A stretch of DNA of 64,000 nucleotides from contig CM075985.1 of assembly GCA_038087875.1 (NCBI GenBank), positions 25,048,001 through 25,112,000 of the forward strand. The letters are read 5' to 3'. Positions 21,873-36,800 of the stretch are shown here, piece after piece. Every line of letters begins with the position of its first letter. The first letter of the stretch is position 1. This DNA comes from Malacoraja senta. Lineage: Eukaryota. Below the pieces are notes generated by a model. That model saw only the letters and a list, made by a program, of their open reading frames with translations, made no database searches and had not been told where the DNA came from. A program made the translations under genes and the position numbers.

Positions 21873-24800
21873 CTGGAAGAAAATCAACATACTTTCTGAA
21901 TAAATGTAAGGGATGCTAGCCTCGTTTACATTAGCAAAGTCTTTTGTTTTGAACAGAATTTATGATCCACATAGAAAAATGACATCTGGCTTAATGACGG
22001 ATTGCTGTTTCTATGGCCAGTTGCATACAGTGGCTTGCAAAAGTTTTCATACCTCTTGAACTTTTCCACATTTTGTCACGTTACAACCACAAACGTAAAT
22101 GTATTTTATTGGGATTTTATGCGATAGACCAACACAAAGTGGTGCATAATTGTGAAGTGGAAGGAAAATGATACATGCTTTTCAAAATTTTTTACAAATA
22201 AAAAACTGAAAAGTGTCGCGTGCAAAAGTATTCAGCCCCCCTGAGTCAATACTTTGTAGAACCACCTTTCGCTGCAATTACAGCTGCAAGTCTTTTGGGG
22301 TATGTCTCTACCAGCTTTGCACATCTAGAGACTGAAATTTTTGCCCATTCTTCTTTGCAAAATAGCTCAAGCTCAGTCAGATTGGATGGAGAGCATCTGT
22401 GAACAGCAATTTTCAAGTCTTGCCAGAGACTTTCAATTGGATTTAGGTCTGGACTTTGACTGGGCCATTCTAACACATGAATATGCTTTGATCTAAACCA
22501 TTCCATTGTAGCTCTGGCTGTATGTTTAGGGTCGTTGTCCTGCTGGAAGGTGAACATCCGCCCCAGTTTCAAGTCTTTTGCAGACTCCAACAGGTTTTCT
22601 TCCAAGATTGCCCTGTATTTGGCTCCATCCATCTTCCCATCAACTCTGACCAGCTTCCCCGTCCCTGCTGAAGAAAAGCATCCCCACAGCATGATGCTGC
22701 CACCACCATGTTTCACAGTGGGGATGGTGTGTTCAGGGTGATGTGCAGTGTTAGGTTTCCGCCACACATAGCGTTTTGCATTTAGGCCAAAAACTTCAAT
22801 TTTGGTCTCATCTGACCAGAGCACCTTCCTCCACATGTTTGCTGTGTCCCCCACATGGCTTGTGGCAAACTGCAAACGGGACTTCTTATGGCTTTTTTTA
22901 AAACAATGGCTTTCTTCTTGCCACTCTTCCTTAAAGGCCCGATTTGTGGAGTGCACGACTAATAGTTGTCCTGTGGACAGATTCTCCCACTTGAGCTGTG
23001 GATCTCTGCAGCTCCTCCAGAGTTACCATGGGCCTCTTGGCTGCTTCTCTGATCAATGCTCTCCTTGCCCGACCTGTCAGTTTAAGTGGACAGCCTTGTC
23101 TTGGTAGGTTTGCAGTTGTGCCATACTCTTTCCATTTTCAGATGATGGATTGAACAGTGCTCCGTGAGATGTTCAAAGCTTGGGATAATTTTTTATAACC
23201 TAACCCTGCTTTAAACTTCTCCACAACTTTATCCCTGACCTGTCTGGTGTGTTCCTTGGGCTTCATGATGCTGTTTGTTCACTAATGTTCTCTAACAAAC
23301 CTCTGAGGCCTTCACAGAACAGCTGTATTTATACTGAGATTAGATTATATACAAGTGGACTCTATTTACTAATTAGGTGACTTCTGAAGGCAATTGGTTG
23401 CACTGGATTTTATTTAGGGGTAACAGAGTAAAGGGGGCTGAATACTTTTGCACGCAACACTTTTCAGTTTTTTATTTGTAAAAAAATTTGAACACCATGT
23501 ATCATTTTCCCTCCACTTCACAATTATGCGCCACTTTGTGTTGGTCTATCACATAAAATCCCCAAAAAATACATTTACGTTTGTGGTTGTAACGTGACAA
23601 AATGTGGAAAAGTTCAAGGGGTATGAATACTTTTGCAAGCCACTGTATATGCTGCAGGTCTGAGGTGAGAAGCAATTGGGAGTAATAAGGCACAATTAAT
23701 ACAGATTAAGTAATTAAACAAAGGAACAAACAGTAAATGTCAAAAATGCTCACAGGATATACATGGTAGTACATCTGAGATAGATATGGCAATTTTGGCT
23801 ATTTATTCAGAATGGATTTTCAAAGCTAAATGAATATTTAAAAAAAAATTCACTTACTCAGTACTTGAAAAGCAGTTCCCTACACATTGTTTCATTTCAA
23901 TATCTGTTTGGCAAGTGCCATTGCCAACTATTTTATGAACAACTGTGGTCTTGCAATCTGAAACATAATCATTCATATATAATGACTTGCAAGAAACAAA
24001 AAGTATTAATACATTTTGAGCGGTATTCAACATTTCTTTAAAGATGGAGAAAAATGTATCAAAATAATATTTTAGATCAGAAGAAGCATTCACTTGTATC
24101 TTGTTGACAACACAATCCCCATTGAAACAAATGAGAGGTGCATGGGGGGGGGGGGGGGGGGGTTGAGGGGGGGTTGAGTTGTCAAAGATCCTGCTCCAGA
24201 TCTAATCTGGTACTGAATCCCACAGCATATTTACAGAATTTAAATGCAGGATTGAATTTCAGGGGAAAGTGTTTGAATATCATGACAGTCAGGCTGTTTG
24301 AGTAAATTTGGGACTTCTGTGTTTGACTGTACATGTGTGGATTCCCAATTCACAAGCATTTCAGTTCCAAATCACCGATGTGCAGCCACAGCATCGGGAC
24401 CAGTATCACCTTAAGCAACTTGGTCTCAATCTTAGTTTGATGCTATTAAGAAGTATGTTTAACTAGGTGATACCTCACAATGAACACCATTTCACGAAAG
24501 ATAATTAAAACTAATTAATATTTATTCCAACTGAAAAATAACTTGCTTTCACACGCGGAAACACATTCAGTACTATTTTCTGTCATCATCATTCCATCTG
24601 GGCAAAAGCATCCCGCCTCTGAAGTGTGCGTGCCAGGTTCCACTGTGCTGAAAAGGATGCAAACATTTTTAAATAGTAATAATTTTTTTGACATTCAACT
24701 CTTAAAAAAGATTGTTAAAGTATTTATAAGTGGTCTATTAATACATGTCAAAATACTTACTGGTTGACACAGCGATCATCTGTTTTGTTTGGGCATGCCT

Positions 24801-27800
24801 TGTAAACCAAATTGTGCGGACATGTATGGTCTTGAAATAAAAGACAAGTATTAATGGTACAAGTTAAACACAAATACAATGGCTGTGAGGTCATTGTATA
24901 AATTCATTAACAATAATAACACTCCAACACTCATAACAAAACCTCTTGCCTCAAAATGTTCTGACTGGCACATCTTTCACTGTGTTAAAGTTAGCTATCA
25001 TTAGCTGTAAACGCCCAAACAGAGTACCCATTGCGGTGTACTAAAGAATCAAGACATACCAACTCAAAGCCTAAATTATTAGTTCATTAGTTAGAAGCAT
25101 TGCATGCCGTCACATTTTTTGTATTCATTATCAATGTTTGAGAGGTAGGGCTGATTGTCTAGAAACTGGAGTTCACCTTTATTTGGGGCACTAAACAAGT
25201 GCTATAATAAGTACTAACTGTCAACCAAGGAACCTCAAAGCAAGGCAAAACTGGAAAATTAACTACCGGTAATTGAAAAATAATTGTGGTTGTTTGCTGA
25301 GTTTAAACTCAAGTTGCCTTGTTCGTGATGGCAGCTATCCTCCGCCTGTTGTGTTTTTGGCATGATGAACCTTGGGTAGCAAGTCTTGGCCAAAATCTCA
25401 AGCCAGCTACAGAATAGCTGTATAAAAGTTTCCACCGTGGGGAGTACATGTTGCTTTAATGCATGTGCCCTTTCCACCCCAGAACTGTCAGTACAGATTA
25501 AGATACATGCCACGAGCAGTCCCATGCCACTGCCAAGTAATCGTTCATCACGCTGTCGAGACTGAAGGATGCCTTCAAGTTCTGCAGAGCTGCAATGACT
25601 ATTTAAGAGACCTAAAAATGCTGGGTAAAATTTGCACAGTGAAAAATGCCCATGTCCCATTGGGGATACTTAAGTCTTCTAGCTCATTTGTTGCAAGCTT
25701 GATCCTCGTTTAAATGGGGGTTACAAACAAAAAAATCTAGGTTCCATATTATTGCCTTAAAAGAATAAACCAAGACAGAGAAGAATGTTATGTACATTGT
25801 CCCAGAGCTGTACATCACAGTGATGGGCCCAGCATGGCCATGCTGTCCTTTTTGCTCATATACACTAATCATCTCATGCTTGTTTTGGATTAAATTCTGC
25901 CAACACTTCACCCATCTTTCCAACTGATTTGTATCCTGTCTTCCAGACCATCCACAATATTAACCCATATAACAAACAGTAAATGTCCTAGTTGCAATCC
26001 CTGTGGTACATCACCAGTTACAGACTTCCAATCAGAGAAACATCCTCCCATTATTATTCCCTTCCTCCTAGCATCAAGCCAATTTTGGATACAATTAGCC
26101 AGCTCATCTTGGATTCCTTGTGCCTTAATCTTTTTAGACTAGCCTGCTATGCACAATCCTATCAAATGTCTCACTAAAGTCTTCTGTAGACACCATCTAC
26201 CTGTCTGCCTTCTTAGGTCTCCTTGGTTAACTATCCCCAAAAACCTAAAAACTGGTGAAACAGGACTTGCCCTTCATAAAGCCACAGGGGAAAAACTAGA
26301 TATACAAAGTCGTAAAATGTTGATGAATTTCTATGGATTGCTTCTGGTTGCATAAAGAACTATATATTTTTTTGCACTAGTATTGTGGTTATTAATGTAT
26401 TTAATATTATATATTATCTGTGTTTTGCATTCACATGCCAATTTTGCTGCTGCAAGTAAGAACTTCAGTCATTTGTTGTCATTATATATGACTATTGAAC
26501 ACTATTGGCTCTTGAAGCCATCTTGGTGTCAGATTAATTAGGGCAATTAAGGCAAAAAGCAAAGGAACATGAAAGATCTATGAAATGCCATCTGAGCAAA
26601 AGGAAACATTCAATGGATTAGATAGGGAGAAATTTTGAATAATTACAAATAGGCTAATTACTACGTGGTGAACTGACTATTATCAGAAGATTGTAGTTCT
26701 GCAATATGGTCCTCCAATGTGCATTGGATTTCTCCAATGTAGGGATCACAAAGATCAACCCGCAATATACTAGATTGGATAAAATATAGGCGAATCACTG
26801 TGCCATGCAAAAGTACTGAAATGTTGAGAAGGGATTAAGTAAAAGAGCAAGGGTAACATGGGAACATGCCATGAGAAGGGGAGAGGTTGGTTACATCAGT
26901 TAATTGAGATTTGTTTCCACTTAAAACAAATATAAATTTCTCAGTATTTGTAATGATAATGCTTACGTGGACCTTGGAGGTGCAGCAATCAAAGAGAAGC
27001 AGGGAGAAGAGCTTATTGGCTGAAACCCGTGGGAGAGGTGAGTCCGAGGGGGAAAGACAGTTTAAAAAGAGCGCCAAAAGGCCAGTATTAGCACAGTGCT
27101 CACATGGATCTTGGAGAAGCAACAATCAAAGAGAAGCAGGGAGAAGAGCTTATTGACTGAAACCCATGGGAAAGGCGTCAGAGGCGAGTCAGAGGGGGAA
27201 AAACTGTTTAAAACTGAGGAATTGGATTTATAAATAGGCAATTTATCAGCCAATATAAGCAAAGCTGCTCTAGGGGAGTGGTAGTGAGGGAGCTGCCTTG
27301 TGAGGGAAGTGTGAGTCTTTGGCTAATGCGAGTAAAGTATGAGCCTTTGGCTCGAGAGTCTTCGGCGAGGAGGCTGAGGAGTGGAGACTACGCAAAAAGC
27401 TGGAGAGGACGGGACGCTGTGAACACATGACAGGTGAGATGAGATAAAGTGATGTTTGCAGAATGTGGGAGGCCAGGGACACGGATGGAGCCTCTGGCTG
27501 CTAGAACTGTGGCAAGTGCGTCCAGGTTCCGCACATGAAGGACCGTGTTAGAGCACTGGAGAAGCGGCTGGTTGACCTCAGGGCCATCCGGGAAAATGAG
27601 AGTTTCCTGGACAGGACCTACAGTGAGGTGGTCACGCCAAGGATACGGGAAGAACGAAGGTGTGTGACTGAGAGAAAGGGGGGTAACCATTGAGCACAGG
27701 AGACCCAGGTGGCTGTACCTAATGAAAACGGGTACACTCTCTTGGGAAATGTCGGAGAGACGACGCTTCCAGTCTGAGCGGCGGACACGTCTGTTGCTCC

Positions 27801-30800
27801 AATCCTTGAGATAGACAATAGACAATAGGTGCAGGAGCAGGCTATTCGGCCCTTCGAGCCAGCATCGCCATTCAGTACCCCATTCCTGCCTTCTCCCCAT
27901 ATCCCCTGACTCCGCTATTTTTAAGAGCCCTATCTAGCTCTCTCTTGAAAGCATCCAGAGAACCTGCCTCCACCGCCTCTGAGGCAGAGAATTCCACAGA
28001 CTCACCACTCTCTGTGAGAAAAAGTGTTTCCTCGTCTCCGTTCTAAATGGCTTACCCCTTATTCTTAAACTGTGGCCCCTGGTTCTGGATTCCCCCAACA
28101 TCGGGAACATGTTTCCTGCCTCCAGCGTGTCCAAACCGTTAACAATCTTATATGTTTCAATAAGATCCCCTCTCATCCTTCTAAACTCCAGAGTGTACAA
28201 GCCCAGCCGCTCCATTCTCTCAGCATATGACAGTCCCGCCATCTTGGGATTTAACCTTGTAAACCTACGCTGCACACCCTCAATAGCAAGAATGTCCTTC
28301 CTCAAATTAGGGGACCAAAACTGCACACAGTACTCCAGGTGTGGTCTCACTAGGGCTCTGTACAACTGCAGAAGGACCTCTTTGCTCCTATACTCGACTC
28401 CTCTTGTTATAAAGGCCAACATGCCATTCGCTTTCTTCACTGCCTGCTGTACCTGCATGCTTACTTTCATAGACTGATGAACAAGGACCCCCCAGATCCC
28501 GTTATACTTCCCCTTTTCCCAAACTTGACACCATTTAGATAGTAATCTGCCTTCCTGTTTTTGACACCAAAGTGGATAACCTCACATTTATCCACATTAA
28601 ACTTCATCTGCCCTCTCCTCCAACCTGTCCAAGTCACCCAGCATTCTGGAGATTAGTGGGCTAAATGAGGGCACGTGGTATTGAGGGTAGAGTGCTGACA
28701 TGGATAGAAAATTGTTTGGCAGACAGGAAACAGAGTAGGGATTAACAAGTGCCTTTCTGAATGGCAGGCAGTGACTAGTGGGGTGATGCAAGGCTCGGTG
28801 CTGGGACCGCAGCTATTCACAATATAGATCAATGATTTAGATGAAGGGATTCAAAGTAACATCAGCAAATTTGCAGATGGCACAAAGCTGGGTGGCAGTG
28901 TGAACTGTGAGGAGGTTGCTATAAGAATGCAGGGTGATGGATAGGTTGGGTGAGTGGGCAGATGCAGTTTCATGTGAATAAATGTGAGGTTATCCACTTT
29001 GGTAGCAGAAACAGGAAGGCAGATTATTATCTAAATAATGTCAAGTAGGGAAAAGGGGAAGTACAACAGGATCTGGAGGTCCTTGTTCATCAGTCAATTA
29101 AAGTAAGCATGCAGGTACAGCAGGTAGTGAAGAAAGCAAATGGCATGTTGGCCTTTATAACAAGTGGAGTTGTGTATAGGAGCAAAAAGGTCCTTCTGCA
29201 GATGTATAGGGCCCTAGTGAGACCACACCTGGAGTATTGTGTGCAGTTTTGGTCCCCTAATTTGAGAAAGGACATTCTTGCTATTGTGCAAGTGCAGCGT
29301 AGGTTTACAAGGTTAATTTCCAGGATGGCAGGACTGTCATATGCTGAGAGAATGGAGTGGCTGGGCTTGTATACTTTGGAGTTTAGATGGATGAGAGGGG
29401 ATCTTATTGAAACACAAGATTATTAAGGGTTTGGACATGCTAGAGGCAGGGAACATGTTCCCGATGTTGGGGGAGTCCAGAACCAGGGGCCGCAGTTTAA
29501 GAATAAGGGTAAGCCATTTAGAATGGAGACGAGGAAACGCTTTCTCACAGAGTTGCGAGTCTGTGGAATTCTCTGTCTCTGGATACTTTCAAGAGAGTGT
29601 TAGATAGGGCTCTTAAAGATAGCGGAGTCAGGGGATATGGGGAGAAGGTAGGAATGGGGTTGATCATTCTACATGCCTGGAATGGGGTTGATTGGGGATG
29701 ATCAGCAATGAATGGCGGTGCAAGCTCGAAGGGCCGAAAGGCCTACTCCTACCTATTGTCTAACGCAGTTGTTCCTTTCCAAAGATTTAATCAGGGTTTG
29801 TGAGGCATGTAGAACATCACATTAACCATGACTGCCTGTGTTTTCAGGTCAACTCCTCTGCTGGCAGTTGCGGATCAAGTGGAAATACATTTAATTTGAA
29901 TGGAGAAATACAGACTCATCAGCTGTGTTCTCCTATCCAGGGAGATATGACATCTGGCAAGTGCACATTGTGGAGTAGTAAGTGAATACACATCCACCTT
30001 GTTCCCTGCCTCAGTCACTTCGTCACTAAGATCAGTTTGTAACATTCTCCCACACCAGGTGTGAAACAACTGACCAATAATCTCTTTGTTCTCCAAGTAA
30101 TATAAAAATGTTGACAGTTTTCCAATCAAAACGTTACATTTGTGAATTTTGATAGCCAAAATCTACATTTAGCATTTGGTGTAAAAAACATTCGTTCAGG
30201 AGAATATTTTCTCTCAAATTTCTCTTTTTTGTGTCAATATACAAAATGTAGATCTTTCACCTTAATTTGTTTTAATTTTCTTTGTGAAGTGAGTGGAGAT
30301 TGTGGATAAAATATTTGTTAAAAAAACATGGCTAATTCCTAGGATATTCTACATTGCAATGTACAGCAGACTTGTTTCTCAGCAAGCTATACTTAGTTGT
30401 GCATAGTGGGAATCCAGTGGAAGCTGCAAGCAGAATCGTGGAATTGTTAAAACTCTGTTGTCACTTTTAGTGAAAAAGATTTAGACGTTAGCAGAATTTT
30501 GGCCACACTTATCCCCTGCAAACAAAATAATTATTTGTACTGTAATTACAGGCAGGTTGCTGGAATTTAATTATTTGCATGCCTTATAGTACTTACTGCA
30601 CGATCCATTTGTGTAAGGTCTCCAGTCAACACAAAATCCCAATTTAAAGCACTCATCTGCAGCAGCGTCCAAGCTACTACAAGTAACATTTGGCCCGCAG
30701 TTATCATAGATACAAGTCTCTTTAAAGTGCTCAATGCCAACCTTCTGTCTGCATTTTTCAAATGGCCTGAATAGAGGAAGAGAGAGCAGTGCACTTCTGA

Positions 30801-33800
30801 GAGCATGTTTTATCATCTGGGAATAGCTGACTTATTGACATTTTCTGTTTTGTAGTAGATGTCTTAGAAAATAATAGTACAATTAAGCAACTTCAACTTG
30901 GTTTATGAAAAGAAAAATGTTGACAAATTTATTACAGTCCTTTGAAATTGTGACTGGCAGGGTGGATTAAATAAAATAAATATACACAATGAATTTTGGA
31001 TTTCAAGCATTATTTGATAAGGTGCCATATAAGGGCTGCCTGGTAATATTGGGAATGTTACTTTTGGATTGAGGATTGACTGATTAACAGAAAGTGGATA
31101 GTTGGGATAAATGGGTCATCTTTCAGTTGGCAAACTAACCAAACCATACTGTTCCAACATTCCCTGCAGTACTTTCCTTAGAACTTCATTGCAAGACATG
31201 AACCTGGAATTTCCTGTGAATCAGTCCTGAACCCTTACTTGCCTCATGTGTTTTGTTGAGGACAGGCTTTTTGTGCCTGTAGGAGATACATAGAAAATAG
31301 GTGCAGTAGGCCATTCAGCCCTTCGAGCCAGCACCACCATTCAATGTGATCATGGCTGATCATCCATAATCAGTACCCCCATTCCTGCCTTCTCCCCATA
31401 TCCCTTGATTCTGCTAGCCTAAGAGGTCTATCCAACTATCTTTTGAATGCATCCAGTGAATCGGCCTCTATTGCCTTCTGAGGCAGAGAATTCCACAAAT
31501 TCACAACTCTCTGGGTGAAAAAGTTTTTCCTCATCTCAGTCCTAAATGGCCTACCCCTTATTCTTAACCTGTGGCTCCTGGTTCTGGACTCCCCCAGCAT
31601 CGCAAACATGTTTCCTGCATCAAGCGTGTCCAATCCCTTAATAATTGTAGATGTTTCTGTAGGGCGCTGAGCAAGACAATCTTCCTCCCAAAGAATGCAT
31701 TATATCTGACATTAGAAGACATTAAATATATTGGGACCCATCAACCAAAGAAAAATTAGAAAAAAGTGGAAGGAGATTAGGATAAGGGGGTTTAAGGAAG
31801 GGACTGAGGAAGAGCATGTTGGTAAGACTGCATGTTGTGCCCACAAAGTTATGTTGACAAATTTATTAGTTAAAAAAAATGTACCTATCAGGATGGATTA
31901 AAGGAAACAAGTACATGCAATGTATCTGGCATTCCAAAAAAATGTGGAATTTGTTCTGAAAAGCATGTTGTAAATGGTTTTTACAACATATGGTTACACA
32001 TATGTGTAAAATGAAGAGAAAGTATTAAGCAGTCCCAGTCCTTCATTGATGTTAATTCAATTTTTCTTCTGGAAGGATCAATTCAACATTGTTATTTCTA
32101 AATTGCCAAATTTGTTCAAAGACTGAACAATAATTTCATTTGTTTACTGCCAAAGTAAGTTTTTAAATTTTGGTCAAATTAAGCCAAAGCAGAGAGCTTC
32201 AAGCCGCAAAAGCCTGTGAGCTGAATGGTTGATTTCATGCTGTGGACTCAATTAAATTCATTGGAATTTAGTGCACTAATTGGATACATATTTTGAGAAA
32301 CATAAATGTGAGTAACAAGTTCACTTACTTTCCTGTAATGAGGTCACAGATGGGGTGTTTATAAGGGCATGGAGTCGAAGTAGGCGTTACTCTACAAGGA
32401 GGCCCGGAAATGGAATTGCCTTGACAGTAAGGTTTCTTGATATCGTTATATATCCATTCGGAAGCAGTTGTGGAACAACAGTCAGAAGATACACCTGTAC
32501 CATTTCTTCTTGAGCAGGGTCCTATCTCAGCAAAACATTATTTAGCAGAGTTACCAGTAAAATTGCCATAAAGTAAAATTAAAACTGTAAAAAATTACTA
32601 TGTACATTACATACCACATTGGCCTTGAGTGTTAGTTAAGAATGAATCTGCAATACTTATTGTAAATAGGAAATTAGCAGCAGTAATGTTTGTAAGAATT
32701 CCAGGAATTGATATGTGAGTTTTTGACCTTTGTTCAGTAATGTTGAATTCATTTGTAAAATAGGGAATCTTCATATCATGTCCATTGACTGTTAACTGTG
32801 AAAGTAAGTACAAATACTTTAGGAATGCTATCCAGGTTACAAGTTTAAAAACGAAAGAATTGAAGTACAAAAAGTTCAGGCCCATCAATTAACTGCAGGT
32901 TATGAGCTGCATAAATTTTTTTTTTTTTTTTAAATAAAAAAAATGACTAGGATTGAATGGGATTGGCAATGTTGTAGTTTAAATGGAAACATCAGGTTGT
33001 ATGGTATGTGGGGCTTTTCAATAGCAAGGCCTGTTTGGGTGCCTGGGGCTTCTCGGTCTCGGTGTGAAGGTTTTTCAAAAGTATTCTACTATGATGTTTT
33101 CACACTGAGGGAAGCATTTTGGTATCCCTTTTACCAGACCAGTTGAGATTGGATTGAGCTGTTGCAATACCAGGGTACCAATGAACATTCTGAATGAACT
33201 ATGTTAATTACCTGTTGGTTTGTCCACTTATAAGAAACATTTGGAATGAATATCACAAATTGTTTGCATTGTTAGTTTTCTAAGAACATTAGAAGTAGGC
33301 CACGAGTTACTTAATGGCATCTATTGGGGAAAAAAAATAATAATATGAATGGCACTTACCTTATTATTTTCAGGTGAAATTGTAATAATATTTTCTTTGT
33401 AAAAAATAATTAGTTGTTTTGGACACGATTTAGGTATGCCTTCAAAACAATAATAATTGTCTACCAGGACTGAAAAGTTATATTTGGGAATTATTTCTTC
33501 GACGGCAGTATATGTACAATTCCCAAAGAAGTCATAATTGATCCCATGAAAGGTGCGATAATGTGGATCTCCCCATATTTTACATTCGTCTAAAATTAAA
33601 AATACAATTTCAGTATGGCAGAAAAGTAAGAACAATACAAATCACTGTGAAAGATAAATTGTTTAACAGAGGAATGATACTGACAAACACATTCCAATCG
33701 ATAACAACAGCCATTGTCAGTTATGATTTTCACAGGACGCTTCCCATCACGACAAGGTTTGTGGTGCGAGGGTATTTCTGGACAGCTGTAATTCATTACG

Positions 33801-36800
33801 CGAATTATGCCATGGACCAGACAAGTATAATTCTTGCACTTTGTTGTCCAGGTTTCATTGCACTAAAGAGAAAACAAACATTAAATTCATAAATAATCCT
33901 AAATTACTCATTTGTCAAACATAGAATGGGAACTGCTTTTACCTGGTGTTTGCTAACTCCAATTTAAAATGTTGCTACCTGAAAACTCTTTTCTTAGCTC
34001 ACTGGTATCTTCAAAATGTATGAGAACTGAAGGATTAAATAGAATCCAAATTAGCTCATCTCAATGTTTCCTAATTGTCCATTTGTTGATTTGCATCACA
34101 GTGCTATCTTTCCATCAGTTCTCGTTAATGCAAGCATTACTTGAAAAACTCTTGCCATTCCTGTTAATACACAGCAACACCATCATTCATGGAAATGAAA
34201 CTTTAGTGCTAGGAAGACCTTTTATTTCACCCAGAAGCAATATCAAGCACAAACCACATTGATTTTGCTAAAATGTTTGCAGGTGCGAATACCTGTGATT
34301 CATTAACGATCTGCCTTTTTAGATCAACAGGTGTCTTTGCCCAATCTCCCATTTTGTCTGATGCTGGATAGCCTGTCACCATATACATTAGTTGTACAAC
34401 TTCAGTTCATGGTTTCCAAGTGTTGATTGTACAGATTAGATAGTGGAGGTGACACAAAGATCTACCCTGACTGGTTGAGATCGTGCTCTTTGGATCAGCA
34501 GTTGGTACTAAGTATGAGTGGAGCCAAGATGGCCCACGATTTAAGACCATGTGATGTTTACATAATAATGTCACCTCTTCCCTATTTCTAACACTGCCCA
34601 TAATGTCCATTACTAACATTTATGTCCACTCTACATCTTCCCAAAATTATATGTACTTCAGAAAAATGTGGGATATGGTCAGGAGTTCACTGGTTTGATT
34701 TTATGTCTTGTAGGTGATATTTTCTTAGGCCACACGCTCTATGTACTGGAGTGGCTCCTGATTCAGGTAAGCCCCAGGCTGCTGCAGGTCTTCCTCCGTC
34801 GCCCTCAACTGGCTTGGCCCGCGATCCGACATCCCTCTCCTTGCCCGACCACCTTTATGTTCCGGGGGTGCCTCCTGCACCCAAGCTTGAATGTGTTGGA
34901 GTTACTACCCTGGTCCCTCTCCTAGTGGCCCACATCTCAGGTCTGTCGTCGCCTGCAGCTCCCTGCTCCTCAGCTCGCTGGTCTTCAGGGTCGAGCTTGG
35001 TGGCTTGCCGGGTCATCCTTCATCCGGCCTCCTGGGTGAGTTCTGGCTCTGCAGCATCGTGGGAGCCTTCTGCTGCTGCACAGCATCCCGAGAGCACTGG
35101 GTTGTAGGTTACCCAAGCAACATATGAGGTGCTCTTCCTCCATTCTTCCCCATCAACATCTATCCTGTCCAGTTCCCTGAGGATATTACATAGATTGGCC
35201 CTCATTCTCTAATGCCAAAGGATATAGACCCAAGCAGCCTATTGTCTCGAGAAGTTGTGGCTGTTTGGGGCATATTCTATGCAGAATAATCTTAGTCAAA
35301 GTTAAAATGAGCAACATGTTGTTTGACATTAATATGTATGCTTCACAACATCTGTACATATGCACATTGCTTGCAAGCAGCCCACTTCTAATTTATACTA
35401 CGTGCTGAGGGCGTTTCTGCCTAATTGTGTTTAAGGATCTGTCCTGAAGCATGTAACACTGCATAATCTGATAGAACTGCCACTTCATCAGTCACAATAA
35501 ATAACAAAATGTAGGTATTTTTGCATTATTTACCAGATTCTATTTCTTCCAGACCCTCTATAACATTTTGGTACCACAATTGTGTACTTGGTGTACATCT
35601 ATTCACACAGTAGATATCTAGATACCAATTTTTTTAAATATTGAATCTTATTCTTTTGTCCTGCTTTATTTTCATATTTTCACATCAATACTGACTTCTA
35701 TCAGTGTTTTAATCTTCCCCTATTTTCTAGTTATTTTTCCTTCCCTTTCTGTTCAAATAAGACTTTCCTCATTTTTATTAAGTCTCCTTTTGGTTGAATA
35801 ACCTCCCTCATGTATCTCACATCTAGATATTCCCCAAGATGTTTAAAAATATCTAAAACTATAAAAAAAATATTAACTTTAGCGGTAACATCTGCTGCTT
35901 ATCATTGATTTGTGAACTCTTACATTGAGATATCTGAACTTACTTTTCTTCGTGGCGTTGTTTCACAAACACATTCTTCTACAGTTGTGGGTGGGGTAAT
36001 TGGCGACATTGAACTGACTGTGCTTGGAGATAAAGTTGTCCCAGGATTACAGCAGACTCTAATTTTATAGTCCAAACACCTGCTATAGTTGGAAGATTCT
36101 TTATTATAAGTACAAATCAGTCCTTTTTTTAAATTACACGTGACATTGTCTTTCGTTTCACTGATCGGAAGCTGTGGAATGCCGACAGCCTCGCACTCAA
36201 TGTTACTTATGGTGTAAGGGGAAACTGAACATAATTTGTTACGTATTGGCTCCAGTAATTCGGAATCATCTTTATTGTGAATAGATGGTGAATTTTGATT
36301 GGACCATGCAGACCATGTACCATCACAAACCAGTTCTGAAATATAAGATAGTGATACATTTACAACATAACCGTCAAGTTAATATGCAACAATTACATGC
36401 AATGATATCTCAGCCAAAAAAATATCATGTAGGTAAGTTATCGTCTAGTTTTTGAAAGTATTTAATATTTTATGTTGAACTCTTGCCAGGATGGAATTAG
36501 CAACAAGCCCAGTTGCAGTTGTGACTTTTATTGTTGAAAATATTGACATTCACAGGATTCCAATTTCAAATGAAGCATTGAGAGGATTTCAACAGATGGA
36601 GAGGAAGGTACAAATTAAAAGGCTGTTTGTTGTTAACTACAGCTAAGGTGTTTGATTTCAAATACAATAGAAAAATCTGGTTGTTTGACTAACAATGTAA
36701 CATTTGCAGAATTGCTTGTGTTTCTGAACCCTTTTAAATTACAGGACAAATGAAGAAAAGGATAGAAATTTAATGATTAAAAGACAAGGAAAAATATTTG

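Noticed and set aside
25259-25660. 133-aa minus-strand ORF within the mucin intron, with an acceptor-like site
   Set aside because: No mucin-type motif, and the flanking C8 and TIL exons already join in phase.
34660-35250. GC-rich patch with a DGEEWRK-like ending, perhaps an old non-LTR element fragment
   Set aside because: Too degraded to assign or bound.
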